Under the pieces are notes generated by a model that was not told where the DNA came from, searched no databases, and saw only the letters and a program-made list of their open reading frames with translations. A stretch of 64,000 nt of DNA. Source: an uncultured virus (IMG/VR IMGVR_UViG_3300034062_003972). Taxonomy: Duplodnaviria > Heunggongvirae > Uroviricota > Caudoviricetes. The stretch is from the IMG/VR virus record IMGVR_UViG_3300034062_003972; one strand, 5' to 3'. Made by a program: the position numbers and the translations under genes. Below are positions 55,767-64,000 of this stretch, piece by piece; positions within the stretch are counted from its first letter, which is position 1; each line of letters starts with the position of its first letter.

Positions 55767-56255
55767 TCAGGTTCCCATGACGTAGATTTCGTAAGACTGT
55801 CCGCTTGTGCCGCCGATGCGGAGGATGCTGCCGCCGACCGTCGTGCCGAATCCGTCGGAGTTCGGGCAGGAAAGCATCATTGAGCCACCCTCGCGGATCG
55901 GGTAGCCGCGCAGCGTTAGGCTCCCCAAGTTGATCATCGGCGAGAAGTTCCACGACGTGACGTCCTGCCGGAAGATGCTGAAGGCCGAGCCCGTCCAACC
56001 CGCCGACAGCGCGATCTGGTTGGTCGTCGAGAGGTTCTTGATGCACAAGACCTTGACGACTCCGAGGCCGATGGTCGAGAAGTCCACCTCGTCGAAGCCC
56101 GCAACCCCGAACGTGCGGCGGTCGCTCCAGACCTTTGTGCAGTCCCCGGCGTCGACCGTGAACGTGAACGGGTGCTGGTCGATGGCCGTCGTCAGGCCGC
56201 GTGTAGTCGACCGCCGCGCAGAGACGTTCCCCGTGATCTGCGCAGTGACGGTCAT
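55767..56255 (-). CDS. Putative virion decoration protein (paralog)
   Basis: 162 aa; WSD.RT, IKN, YEIYVMG. Confidence 0.6.
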   Translation of the reverse strand: MTVTAQITGNVSARRSTTRGLTTAIDQHPFTFTVDAGDCTKVWSDRRTFGVAGFDEVDFSTIGLGVVKVLCIKNLSTTNQIALSAGWTGSAFSIFRQDVTSWNFSPMINLGSLTLRGYPIREGGSMMLSCPNSDGFGTTVGGSILRIGGTSGQSYEIYVMGT

Positions 56256-56902
56256 CGGTATCCGCCCCAGCCGGAGGCCGCCAGGAGCGTCTCGAACGTC
56301 TGCGGCACCGGCAAAACCTGCGAGTAGCCGGCGACGACCGGCTGGCGATGTTCGTAGAGGTGAGCCGTCTGAAGCAGGATCAGTTGCCTGATCACGGGCG
56401 GCACGTTCGCGCCGCTGGCCCCGTAGCCTGCCGTCCACCGCACAGTGACGCTGTTCTCGTCGCCGCGAACCGCCGGCCAGACGCCGTTGTAGAGTGGGTA
56501 GATGCGGCCGGGGGTCGCATAGTTGTCGACCTGGAACTGGTTCGCCGCGGACGTGATCGTCCGCTCGACGCCCGCCTCATCTCGATAGATGACCGTGACG
56601 TTCGCCGCTGCCATCGGCGGCCTGGGCAGGATGATCTCCCAGAGCGGGAACGTGTCGTAGCGGGCCTCCAGCACTTGCGTGATGAGGGCGACGTCAAGAA
56701 TCTGCTCGACGTACTCCCTGGACATCGTGATGTACGACTGAATCAGAGAGTCGTCGTCGGTGATGTCGACCTTGGCCTGGGCCTTGGCCTCGGCCAGTGT
56801 GACCGGCTCGACGGCCGGGGCCGTGTGGAGCCGCAGGCTCCGGTACGGCGTGATGCCGCTCGACGGATACTCCGGCATTCCGTAGCGGATGGTGACGGTC
56901 AC
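56252..56902 (-). CDS. Head-tail connector (phiE125 gp8-like)
   Basis: EPVTLAEAK, DD.LI, AGYG...VP, HLYEHR. Confidence 0.85.
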   Translation of the reverse strand: MTVTIRYGMPEYPSSGITPYRSLRLHTAPAVEPVTLAEAKAQAKVDITDDDSLIQSYITMSREYVEQILDVALITQVLEARYDTFPLWEIILPRPPMAAANVTVIYRDEAGVERTITSAANQFQVDNYATPGRIYPLYNGVWPAVRGDENSVTVRWTAGYGASGANVPPVIRQLILLQTAHLYEHRQPVVAGYSQVLPVPQTFETLLAASGWGGYR

Positions 56903-57141
56903 TTGGGCTTCCTCCGGCCGCCGGTGGTGGTGCGTTCGACTTTGGGTTCGACCATCTGCTCTTCAATTACTTCGGGCTCGCTTCGCTTCGCGTCCATCTG
57001 CTCGATGTCTCGGCCTTCGGCAGAGACATCGACCGGCTCCACCATCCCCCTTCCGACGTAAATGCGGGCCATGCCGTCGGCCCAGTCGAACTCCTGGCCG
57101 ATGCGATAGCCCGAAAACGCCTTCGTGATTCTGACCCTCAT
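56899..57141 (-). CDS. Small head-associated protein
   Basis: MRVRI...G...A...RG.VE with basic tail. Confidence 0.65.
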   Translation of the reverse strand: MRVRITKAFSGYRIGQEFDWADGMARIYVGRGMVEPVDVSAEGRDIEQMDAKRSEPEVIEEQMVEPKVERTTTGGRRKPK

Positions 57142-57854
57142 GCCACAAACCCCCACACGTCCTTCGGCGGCGTGTCCTTGTTGTTCCAGAAATCAGTCGT
57201 GTGCTGATGCACCTTGCCGCCCTCGACCGTCCGAGAGGGCCAGGTGACCATCAGTTCGGCGTGGCCGACGCTGACGTGCGTCGCCATGCCAAGCGTGTTG
57301 CCGGCCGCCTCCCAGGCGTGCCAGAAGGCGATGTCCTCGTCGACCTCGCTGCCGTCCTCTTCGACCTTGCGGATGAACCACGGCTTCTTGAGTTTCTTGA
57401 GGGCCGAAGTGCGCAGGAACGTGGCCCCGAAGTGGGCCGTTCGCACGAGTTGCACGGGCTTCTCGAACCACTCATTGCCGACGTCCAACTTCTCCTCGGG
57501 CTTGTAGCCGAGCGGGCTGAACATGACGGCATTCGCCTCCCGCTTGCTCTGGAGCGGGGCGATGGCATCGACGCCGGAGTGCATCATCAAGGCCAGAAGA
57601 GCCTCGACGGTCTTGGCCGTGAAGACGGTGTCGTAGTCGAACGTCAGGATGACGTCGTGGGTGTCGATGACCTGTTCCATTGCCTTGGACAGGCAGACAC
57701 CCCAGAAGGCACCCGTGACCTTGATCGGACTGATCCGGTGAGGCGCAAGAGCCTGGGAGACGCAGAAGAGGTTGTCGGTGAAGCCAAGTCGCGGGGTGCT
57801 CATCACCGCCGCGACTTTGACTTCCGCCTCGACGTTTCCGATCCGCAACAGCAT
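57138..57854 (-). CDS. GT-A (GT2-like) glycosyltransferase within the head module
   Basis: FDYD (DxD), FG..F.R...KPWF, EDI.F, GH. Confidence 0.7.
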   Translation of the reverse strand: MLLRIGNVEAEVKVAAVMSTPRLGFTDNLFCVSQALAPHRISPIKVTGAFWGVCLSKAMEQVIDTHDVILTFDYDTVFTAKTVEALLALMMHSGVDAIAPLQSKREANAVMFSPLGYKPEEKLDVGNEWFEKPVQLVRTAHFGATFLRTSALKKLKKPWFIRKVEEDGSEVDEDIAFWHAWEAAGNTLGMATHVSVGHAELMVTWPSRTVEGGKVHQHTTDFWNNKDTPPKDVWGFVA

Positions 57855-57936
57855 CGTTCGCTCCTTTGAGAGGAGCGGGCGCGCCTCCATGCGCCTTTGC
57901 CGGCCTAGTCCAGTGGCCGTCCCGCTTTGACGGGAA

Positions 57937-58383
57937 TCAGCCCTTGACCCAAGCCAGCGCACCAGCCTCGGTCGCCGTCGCCGGCGAAACCTCGGCCCGC
58001 GACAGACGCCCGGTGATCGCCACGGTGGCCGACACGCCGGGCGTGTAGGACACCTTGAGGTAGCGCTTCCGAGCCTTCGTGTCGACGTCCATCTTCACGA
58101 CGGAGGTCAGGGCCGTGCCAGCCACCGAGATGGCCGGGACGGTGAAACCGCCCGTGCCACCCATGACCAGGGCGGTCACGTTCGAGTAGTCGGTGCTGAG
58201 AGCGTCCGACTCCTCGACCTTGAGGACGTTCGCGAACGTCGTCGCGGCGTTCGAGGCACGCATCACCGTGAGGCTGGCGTGATCGTAGCCGAGCGTGTCG
58301 ATGGTCAGCGTAGCGGTGGCGGTCGCACCAATGGCGGCAGCCTCGACGGAGCCAACAACCTTGTCGTTCTGAGCGTGGATCAT
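57937..58383 (-). CDS. Capsid decoration/cement protein
   Basis: Directly after capsid; IDT.GY, KV.ESD, KRYL.V. Confidence 0.7.
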   Translation of the reverse strand: MIHAQNDKVVGSVEAAAIGATATATLTIDTLGYDHASLTVMRASNAATTFANVLKVEESDALSTDYSNVTALVMGGTGGFTVPAISVAGTALTSVVKMDVDTKARKRYLKVSYTPGVSATVAITGRLSRAEVSPATATEAGALAWVKG

Positions 58384-58410
58384 CTTCTGGCTATCTCCTG
58401 GTTAGGTTGT

Positions 58411-59769
58411 TCAAGAAGCCGCCGTCCGCAGAGCCACCACAGGGCCGACCTCGCTGGTCGAGCCAAGGCTGTGATGGTTCACGTCGAACCGCATCGTCCC
58501 CTGGAGGAGGAGTTGGTCCGTCGTGGCGTAGACCTGATCGTAGAGCCGGACGCTGAAGTCCCGACGCCGGGCGTAGATGCTGGACAGCGAGAGGTTGCCG
58601 AACAGCACCTTGACCTTCGACACGTCCGAGCCGAGGGTGCTGTTGAGCACATGCACGAGCCGCACGGGGTATCCGAGCCAGGTGTCGGTCACGCCGGTGC
58701 CGAGGTCCGCTCCGGTGTTGCCGCCGGCGGCGTACTTCAGGCGGGAGATGCTCGCCGCGTAGCCGGCCGGGCTCACATACCAGGCCGCACCATTGCGGGC
58801 GTAGATCGGCAACTTGCCCATCGCACCGAGGAAGTCCTCGATGTCGAGCGTCTCGAAGGAGACGTTGCCAGAGGCAGCCGTCACCACCGACGCCGAGTGA
58901 TCGCCGTTGACGATCTTCGACGCGATGCCGCGGATGCCGCCGAAGTCACCCTGCGTCCCGTCGCCGAGCCAGCCACAGAGGTCGATCTTGTAGGCCAGGC
59001 TGGTCGCGAACTCCGTCGCGACAGCGTCGGCCAGACCGACCACGCCCGCCGAATCCTCGACCACCTCGGTCGACATCCGGCAGCCAACCGCCAACTTCTT
59101 GGCGACGAGCGACACGTTGCCGTAGGTCGGCTCGCTCTCGGTGACGGCCGAGCCCTCGCCCACGAAGTAGGCCGTGGTGCCGGAGAGCCGCTTCGGGATC
59201 ACCATCGTGTCCCGCGTCATCGTGACGTTCTCGCAGGCCGGGGGCAGGGTGCCGAAGGTTTCGACCAGCCGGATCACCCGGTTGGCGAACTCCTCGGGGA
59301 CCAGCGCGCCGCCGGTGCTGTTGGCGTTCTCGCCCAGAGCCCGGTTCTCGACGCCGTGATCCTTGCACCACCGCAGGTCGTCGGCATTCTTGAAGATGTG
59401 CGCCCGCAGCCAGCGGCCGCAGCGATAGGCACTCTCCACCGAGTCGGGGCCATCGTTGAACGCGGCCAACTGGGTGTGATGGGGGAGGATCGACCGAATC
59501 TCGGTCTTCTTCGCGTCCTCGGTGGCCTTCTCGACCACCGGAGCCGGAGCCGGCTGGGCCTTCTCGACGACGCTGCGGAGTTCGGCCTCCTTGGCAGCGA
59601 TCCGCTCCTCGAACTCCAGCGAGGTCTTCAGGTCGTCGGCCTGGTTGCCGAGCGAGATGAGTTCCTTGGTCTGATCCGCACTCCGCTCCTCGATCGAGCC
59701 GAGTTCGGTCATCCGCGCGGCAACGGCCGCGGCACGCTCCTGAAGACGCTTGAGATTCGACGACGCCAT
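58411..59769 (-). CDS. HK97-family major capsid protein
   Basis: Coiled-coil delta domain, GGALVP, FVGEG, GDG, LGYPV, FGNL. Confidence 0.92.
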   Translation of the reverse strand: MASSNLKRLQERAAAVAARMTELGSIEERSADQTKELISLGNQADDLKTSLEFEERIAAKEAELRSVVEKAQPAPAPVVEKATEDAKKTEIRSILPHHTQLAAFNDGPDSVESAYRCGRWLRAHIFKNADDLRWCKDHGVENRALGENANSTGGALVPEEFANRVIRLVETFGTLPPACENVTMTRDTMVIPKRLSGTTAYFVGEGSAVTESEPTYGNVSLVAKKLAVGCRMSTEVVEDSAGVVGLADAVATEFATSLAYKIDLCGWLGDGTQGDFGGIRGIASKIVNGDHSASVVTAASGNVSFETLDIEDFLGAMGKLPIYARNGAAWYVSPAGYAASISRLKYAAGGNTGADLGTGVTDTWLGYPVRLVHVLNSTLGSDVSKVKVLFGNLSLSSIYARRRDFSVRLYDQVYATTDQLLLQGTMRFDVNHHSLGSTSEVGPVVALRTAAS

Positions 59770-59926
59770 TTTGGCCTGACTCCTGGTTGAGCCGGCCAAA
59801 CGCAAAAGCGGCGGCCGGCGGGTGATTCCCGCAAGCGCGCCGCGTCGTGAATCCTCACGCCACTCGCACTGCTCACCACGGCATCCGCCGCGGTGCGTAG
59901 TCCATACTTGTAGCCTATGCTGTCGG
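59770..59926 (-). promoter_or_regulatory. Structured capsid leader with multiple GGA-loop hairpins
   Basis: Stems at 59874-59895 and 59846-59859, both with GGAT loops. Confidence 0.55.
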
Positions 59927-61825
59927 CTACATACTCTGCAAACGAGTCCGGAGCACGGCTGCCTTCAACTCCGCCGCCTTGACCGCAGCCGCGGCAATGG
60001 CGACGTCTTCAGCCGACGGCGCGGGGACCGAATTGCTCTCGGCCACGACGACCGGCTCCGCAGCGGGCGGAGCGTCCGTTTCGGCGACCGCCGTATCCCT
60101 CGACTCCTGCTCACTCATCGTGACCTCCGGAATGACGTGCATCTGGCACAGCGCTTCGGGCGAAATGCTTCCTGCAACGATTTCGCACGCCCCGCCACCT
60201 TCATAGAAGATGCAGTTCGCGCACCTCATTCCTTGAGCGATCCACGGGCTTTCGGCCATGTAGTGGACATCAGTTGGCAAAAACTGCCCATAGATGTCGA
60301 CCGCGTCCTCAAGCACCCTGGCAATGACTTTCTTGTGCGGCGAGAGGCCGCCCTCGGGCTCCGCGCGGTTCTCTTGCGCGTCCATCTGGGCCACCTTGGC
60401 CGCAGCCCACCGCTGGCCGGCGTTTCCAGCCCACAGGAGCCACGCCACGAACCCCGGCTTCTCATCGCCCGGCGTGTCCCAACCCGGCGACTTGCTCGCC
60501 TTCTCGTGCCTGGCGAACCAGGCATTCATCTCGCGGACGTGATCCTCGGTGAGCGTCTCGCGGGCGGCGATCTTGTTCGCTCTGGCAACCGTCTCTGGCT
60601 TGAGGCCGTCGCCTGACTTGCCCTCCTCGTGGAGTTTGAGGCCGCGCCGGGCCGCCGAGGCCATGCCAGCGGTGGGGCGGAGGTTGACGTCGGCACGCTG
60701 CTCGTCGGCCTGGCCTGCCGGCTCGTCGACCTTGGTCAGCGACGACATCTTCTTCGCCACCATGTGGTCTTCCGGCTCGCCGTCGTCATACGGCGTCAGC
60801 ACCACCAGGGGGTCTTCCTCGGTGGCGGCCATGCCTTGCACCGAGCCGTTCGGCATGACGTGCTCGACGCGGCCGACGCCGTCACCCCAGGAGGCGTAGT
60901 CGCCTTCCTTGAGAGAGCCGGGGGCTTCCCTGGCGACGGTGTCGCTGGTTGTTACGGAGCGTACCTCCGCTGGCTCTGCCGCGGAGGCACGCCGCTTCAA
61001 AACCCACTTCGCCCCAGCCTCTCCTCCAGCCAGTTTCCACTCGACCCAGGCCGGCGAGCCGACCCAATCCTCGGCACGGGCCTCCAAGCACCGATCATGG
61101 ACGTTCGCCAGGTACTCGACCTCCTCGACGGAGACGATTTCACGGGCCACGAGGTGCTCGGCGATGCCCACCAGCACTTGATCGACGTCGTCGCGGCCCC
61201 GGCAGGCGTTCAAGCCTTTGCGGGCAGCGTTCGCCATCGTCTGATTCGGCCGGTAGGCGTCGCCGAGGGCCATTTCGATGGCTCGGCGGCTGACGATCAC
61301 GCTCGAAGCCTCGAAGGCGGGCCGCACGACCGGGCCGACGTCCTCCAACTTGCCGATGGAGCGGACTTCGCGCCTCCGCAGGCCGCTTTTCGTCATGCTC
61401 CACGAATCGCCGCGCTGATGTCCATCATTTTTGATAGCGAACGCAAACGAACTGCCGGTCACATAGCCCCCGGCGACCAGTTCGACGACCTCTTCGGCCG
61501 TCTGGGTCTTCGGCAGCGGCCCCATTTCGTAGCGCAGGCCGTAGGAATCGGGCCGCAACTTGAGCGTGTTGTTCGCAGACCGGGCCAGCAACTTGTCTTT
61601 GGAGTGGTTGTAGACGCCGATGACGTCCGGATTCGTCGCCAGCACTTCGTCGAAGGCATTCGGGTGAATGACCTCCACGAAACCGCCCAGATTTCTCGAC
61701 TCCGAGTTGAAAACGGCGGCGTAGCCGACGATCACTGGCCTCTTTTCGCCGTTGCCGACGTCGCGGTACTCGATCGACGTGTCCGAAACGGTCAGACGAC
61801 GCTCAATTTCAGTGTCAGCCATCAC
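59927..61825 (-). CDS. HK97-type prohead protease with ~440-aa multidomain extension
   Basis: GYAAVFN, F.E.I...AF, NH, GLRY, SSFAF, DVGPV..PAF. Confidence 0.88.
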   Translation of the reverse strand: MMADTEIERRLTVSDTSIEYRDVGNGEKRPVIVGYAAVFNSESRNLGGFVEVIHPNAFDEVLATNPDVIGVYNHSKDKLLARSANNTLKLRPDSYGLRYEMGPLPKTQTAEEVVELVAGGYVTGSSFAFAIKNDGHQRGDSWSMTKSGLRRREVRSIGKLEDVGPVVRPAFEASSVIVSRRAIEMALGDAYRPNQTMANAARKGLNACRGRDDVDQVLVGIAEHLVAREIVSVEEVEYLANVHDRCLEARAEDWVGSPAWVEWKLAGGEAGAKWVLKRRASAAEPAEVRSVTTSDTVAREAPGSLKEGDYASWGDGVGRVEHVMPNGSVQGMAATEEDPLVVLTPYDDGEPEDHMVAKKMSSLTKVDEPAGQADEQRADVNLRPTAGMASAARRGLKLHEEGKSGDGLKPETVARANKIAARETLTEDHVREMNAWFARHEKASKSPGWDTPGDEKPGFVAWLLWAGNAGQRWAAAKVAQMDAQENRAEPEGGLSPHKKVIARVLEDAVDIYGQFLPTDVHYMAESPWIAQGMRCANCIFYEGGGACEIVAGSISPEALCQMHVIPEVTMSEQESRDTAVAETDAPPAAEPVVVAESNSVPAPSAEDVAIAAAAVKAAELKAAVLRTRLQSM

Positions 61826-63476
61826 TCACCTCGTCGAAATGCCGCTCGAACCAGCCCTCGGTGACCGATTCGTACTTGTTTCCGCTCCGATGACAGCCGA
61901 GAAGCAGGTCTTTGGAGCGATTCACCCACGAAGCCACGAACGAATCAACGTCTCGACCAGCCGCTGATGCTGCGTCGCGGAGTTCAATCCGCATCTTTTC
62001 CTCGACTTGGCCGAACCATTGCGTGATTTTCTCCGGCTTCGACCGCCGTTCGAGGATTCCGTCGGCTTCGATGTCGGCGATTCGCCGGAGCGTCGTGCGG
62101 AACAGGGCTTCGGCAGCGTCGAGCGAGCGGGATTCTTGCTGCGCGGCCGGCTCTGTGGCCGCCTGCTGCGGCCTGTTTTGCTCTGGCGCGGACGCAGGAT
62201 CGGCGTTTTCCTGGCCGGACGTTTGGCCGGTTTGCGCAGCCGTCGGATTCTCCGGCGTGAAGGCTCCGAGCAACTGCATATTGACCTGGATGAACCGCTT
62301 CTTGCCCTGGCCGTCGGGCAGCGGGTTGTAGCCGATCGCCGCGCGGACTTCGTCGACATCCAGCACTCCCATGTTCGCCATCTCGCGGAGGAACTGCGAG
62401 CGAGCGGCGTAGTCGCCAGCCATCAGCGCGTTCGTGTCGAACTGCGTGAAGTAGTTCTTGTCGTCCACCACGAGGTCGCGACGGGCCGCCATCTCCCACC
62501 GTCGGCACCACGGGATCAGCGAGAACGTCACGAAGTCGATCGCCGACTGCTCGACGGTGCTGAAGCGGACGTTCGTCAGGTCGCCGATCAGGTGAGGCGG
62601 AACCCGATATGTCCTCGCGATGGATTCCAGAGCCCACCTCTGGCTCTCAACAAGAGCAGCATCGCGATTGTTTACCGGCTCTGCCCGCTTCTTGAATCCG
62701 AAAGGCATGACCACCGTTTTGAAGTGGTTGCGGGGGCCGGCGTGGGCCGAATCCCACTGCTCGCGGAAGCGACGAAGCGTCTCCGGCTTCTGCGGCTGGT
62801 CGGTTTCGATGTACGTCCCGGTCGAGCAGCCGTTGCCAAAGAATGCCGAGGAGTGCAGTTCGCACGCCCGCGCCAAGGCGATGGCGTCCTTCGACAGGCT
62901 GGTTGGCACGAAACCCGTCACGCCGTCGTTCGAGAGCCACCGGAGGTGGAAAATCTCGTCCTGCCGGTACTCCTCTGGCTCCGGGGCCGGGTCGGCCAGC
63001 GTCGCGGGCCTGCGGTAGTAGTAGCGAAGTTTGCCGTTCTCCAGCCGCTTGGCCTCCATCCGCGAGGGGTGGAGCGGGATCAGTTCGCTCACCGCGCCGT
63101 GCTCGATCGAGCCCTTGATATGGGCGTAGGCGTTGCCCCACAAGAGAATCCACGACTGCATGAGTTCGCGGAACTCGAAACTCGTCATCCACGAGTTTGG
63201 CTGGTAGTGCAGGACTTCGTGGAGGTGCTTGTCGTCGGCGACCTCCTTGCCGCCGCCGGGGAGTTTGCGGCAGTAGTTCCAGGGGAGGCTGGCAATACTC
63301 TCTGCCAGTACCCTTACGCAGGCCAGGACGCCGGCACTCTCCAGCGCCAACTCGGGCGAGACGTCCACGCCGGCCGTCGTTGACCGGCCCGCGATGATCT
63401 CCTCGAAGACCCTGGAGAGGCTCTGGCTGCGGAGTTCCATGACGCCGGCGTAGGACTCTTCTTCTGCTGTCGGCAT
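61815..63476 (-). CDS. HK97-family portal protein
   Basis: ACVR..AESIA, PN.WMT, GNAY, EIFHLR, VPPHLIG. Confidence 0.93.
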   Translation of the reverse strand: MPTAEEESYAGVMELRSQSLSRVFEEIIAGRSTTAGVDVSPELALESAGVLACVRVLAESIASLPWNYCRKLPGGGKEVADDKHLHEVLHYQPNSWMTSFEFRELMQSWILLWGNAYAHIKGSIEHGAVSELIPLHPSRMEAKRLENGKLRYYYRRPATLADPAPEPEEYRQDEIFHLRWLSNDGVTGFVPTSLSKDAIALARACELHSSAFFGNGCSTGTYIETDQPQKPETLRRFREQWDSAHAGPRNHFKTVVMPFGFKKRAEPVNNRDAALVESQRWALESIARTYRVPPHLIGDLTNVRFSTVEQSAIDFVTFSLIPWCRRWEMAARRDLVVDDKNYFTQFDTNALMAGDYAARSQFLREMANMGVLDVDEVRAAIGYNPLPDGQGKKRFIQVNMQLLGAFTPENPTAAQTGQTSGQENADPASAPEQNRPQQAATEPAAQQESRSLDAAEALFRTTLRRIADIEADGILERRSKPEKITQWFGQVEEKMRIELRDAASAAGRDVDSFVASWVNRSKDLLLGCHRSGNKYESVTEGWFERHFDEVSDG

Positions 63477-63477
63477 C

Positions 63478-64000
63478 CTAGAACACCATGAGTTCGGGTT
63501 CTTCGTCGGGGCCGCGGACCTCGCCGCTACACAGGCCGAGGGCCATGATGAGAGAGACGGCGGCGTCGATGCGGGCCGTGGATTTGGAGTGGCTTTTGGT
63601 GGGCTTGTAGTTCCCGGCGTCGTCCGTCCGCACCTGAAGGTTCGACATCTGTAACGCCAAGGCCGGGTTGCCGCCGTGCCGTAATTTCTGGCCTAAAACG
63701 AGAGTTTCGAGCAGTTTCGTGGGCGGGCTCATCGAGGCGTAGCCCTGCCCGAACGGCTTGACATCAATCCCTTCGGCGACCAGTTGCGTCGTCAGGTGGG
63801 TTGCGTTCCATCGGTCGATGGCAACAGCCCGAACCGCATTCTTCTCCGCAAAGGAGAGAATGTAGTTCCTGACAGCGTCGTAATCCGTCACATCGCCTTC
63901 TGTAATTGTAACCCATCCGTCCTTCGCCCATTGGCGATACGGTGCTTCGTCCCTGTCCGCGCCGGCCTCGGGGACGAAGAGGTGGGCGAAGACGTCGAAC
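63478..64000 (-). CDS. Terminase large subunit, C-terminal part (truncated by window)
   Basis: DRWNA, FGQG..SMS, H.GNP, RIDAAV...MA. Confidence 0.9.
   Translation of the reverse strand, partial: FDVFAHLFVPEAGADRDEAPYRQWAKDGWVTITEGDVTDYDAVRNYILSFAEKNAVRAVAIDRWNATHLTTQLVAEGIDVKPFGQGYASMSPPTKLLETLVLGQKLRHGGNPALALQMSNLQVRTDDAGNYKPTKSHSKSTARIDAAVSLIMALGLCSGEVRGPDEEPELMVF

Larger units (their letters stand above)
1..64000. mobile_element. Tailed phage genome or prophage (HK97-type head, long non-contractile tail); extends beyond the right edge
   Basis: Terminase-portal-protease-capsid-head/tail-tape measure synteny, replication module and tyrosine recombinase; no host genes seen. Confidence 0.95.

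Noticed and set aside
718..63383. Long antisense and alternate-frame ORFs (e.g. 1320-2876 -, 26077-27222 +, 58279-59790 +, 62007-63383 +)
   Set aside because: Arg/Gly/Pro-rich shadows of real genes in GC-rich DNA

Overview
This window is most of a GC-rich tailed (siphovirus-like, HK97-fold) phage genome or prophage. No host housekeeping genes, rRNA, tRNA or CRISPR array were seen. The host is inferred to be a Planctomycete (csrA, a recurrent P-x-P-x-EI...W-x3-ER motif, secreted Cys-rich proteins, high GC); this is unproven. Layout: (1) 1-440: a 69-bp tandem repeat, seven copies of CGYGGMAACC, then a sigma70 promoter. (2) 500-11034, + strand: about 25 small early-type genes, including a divergent beta-clamp homolog, separated by related hairpin/motif/RBS spacers. 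(3) 10988-33597, - strand: HNH nuclease, papain-like protease/lipoprotein/membrane cluster, three glycosyltransferases plus a methyltransferase, VRR-NUC, MazG, Gp88-like protein, two DNA methyltransferases (one split at a C8 run), trypsin, CsrA, SF1 helicase, Prim-Pol, SNF2 helicase. (4) 33699-34792, + strand: small ORF and tyrosine recombinase. (5) 34885-64000, - strand: terminase, portal, multidomain prohead protease, capsid, a glycosyltransferase, head-tail and tail genes, nucleotide-metabolism genes, fibres and gmd/fcl. The strongest candidate systems are a phage-encoded CsrA with GGA-loop hairpins in its own leader and in capsid, tail and other leaders; a fucose-based glycosylation toolkit embedded in the virion operon; and the repeat-punctuated early gene array. 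All family calls come from motif recognition by eye, not database searches.
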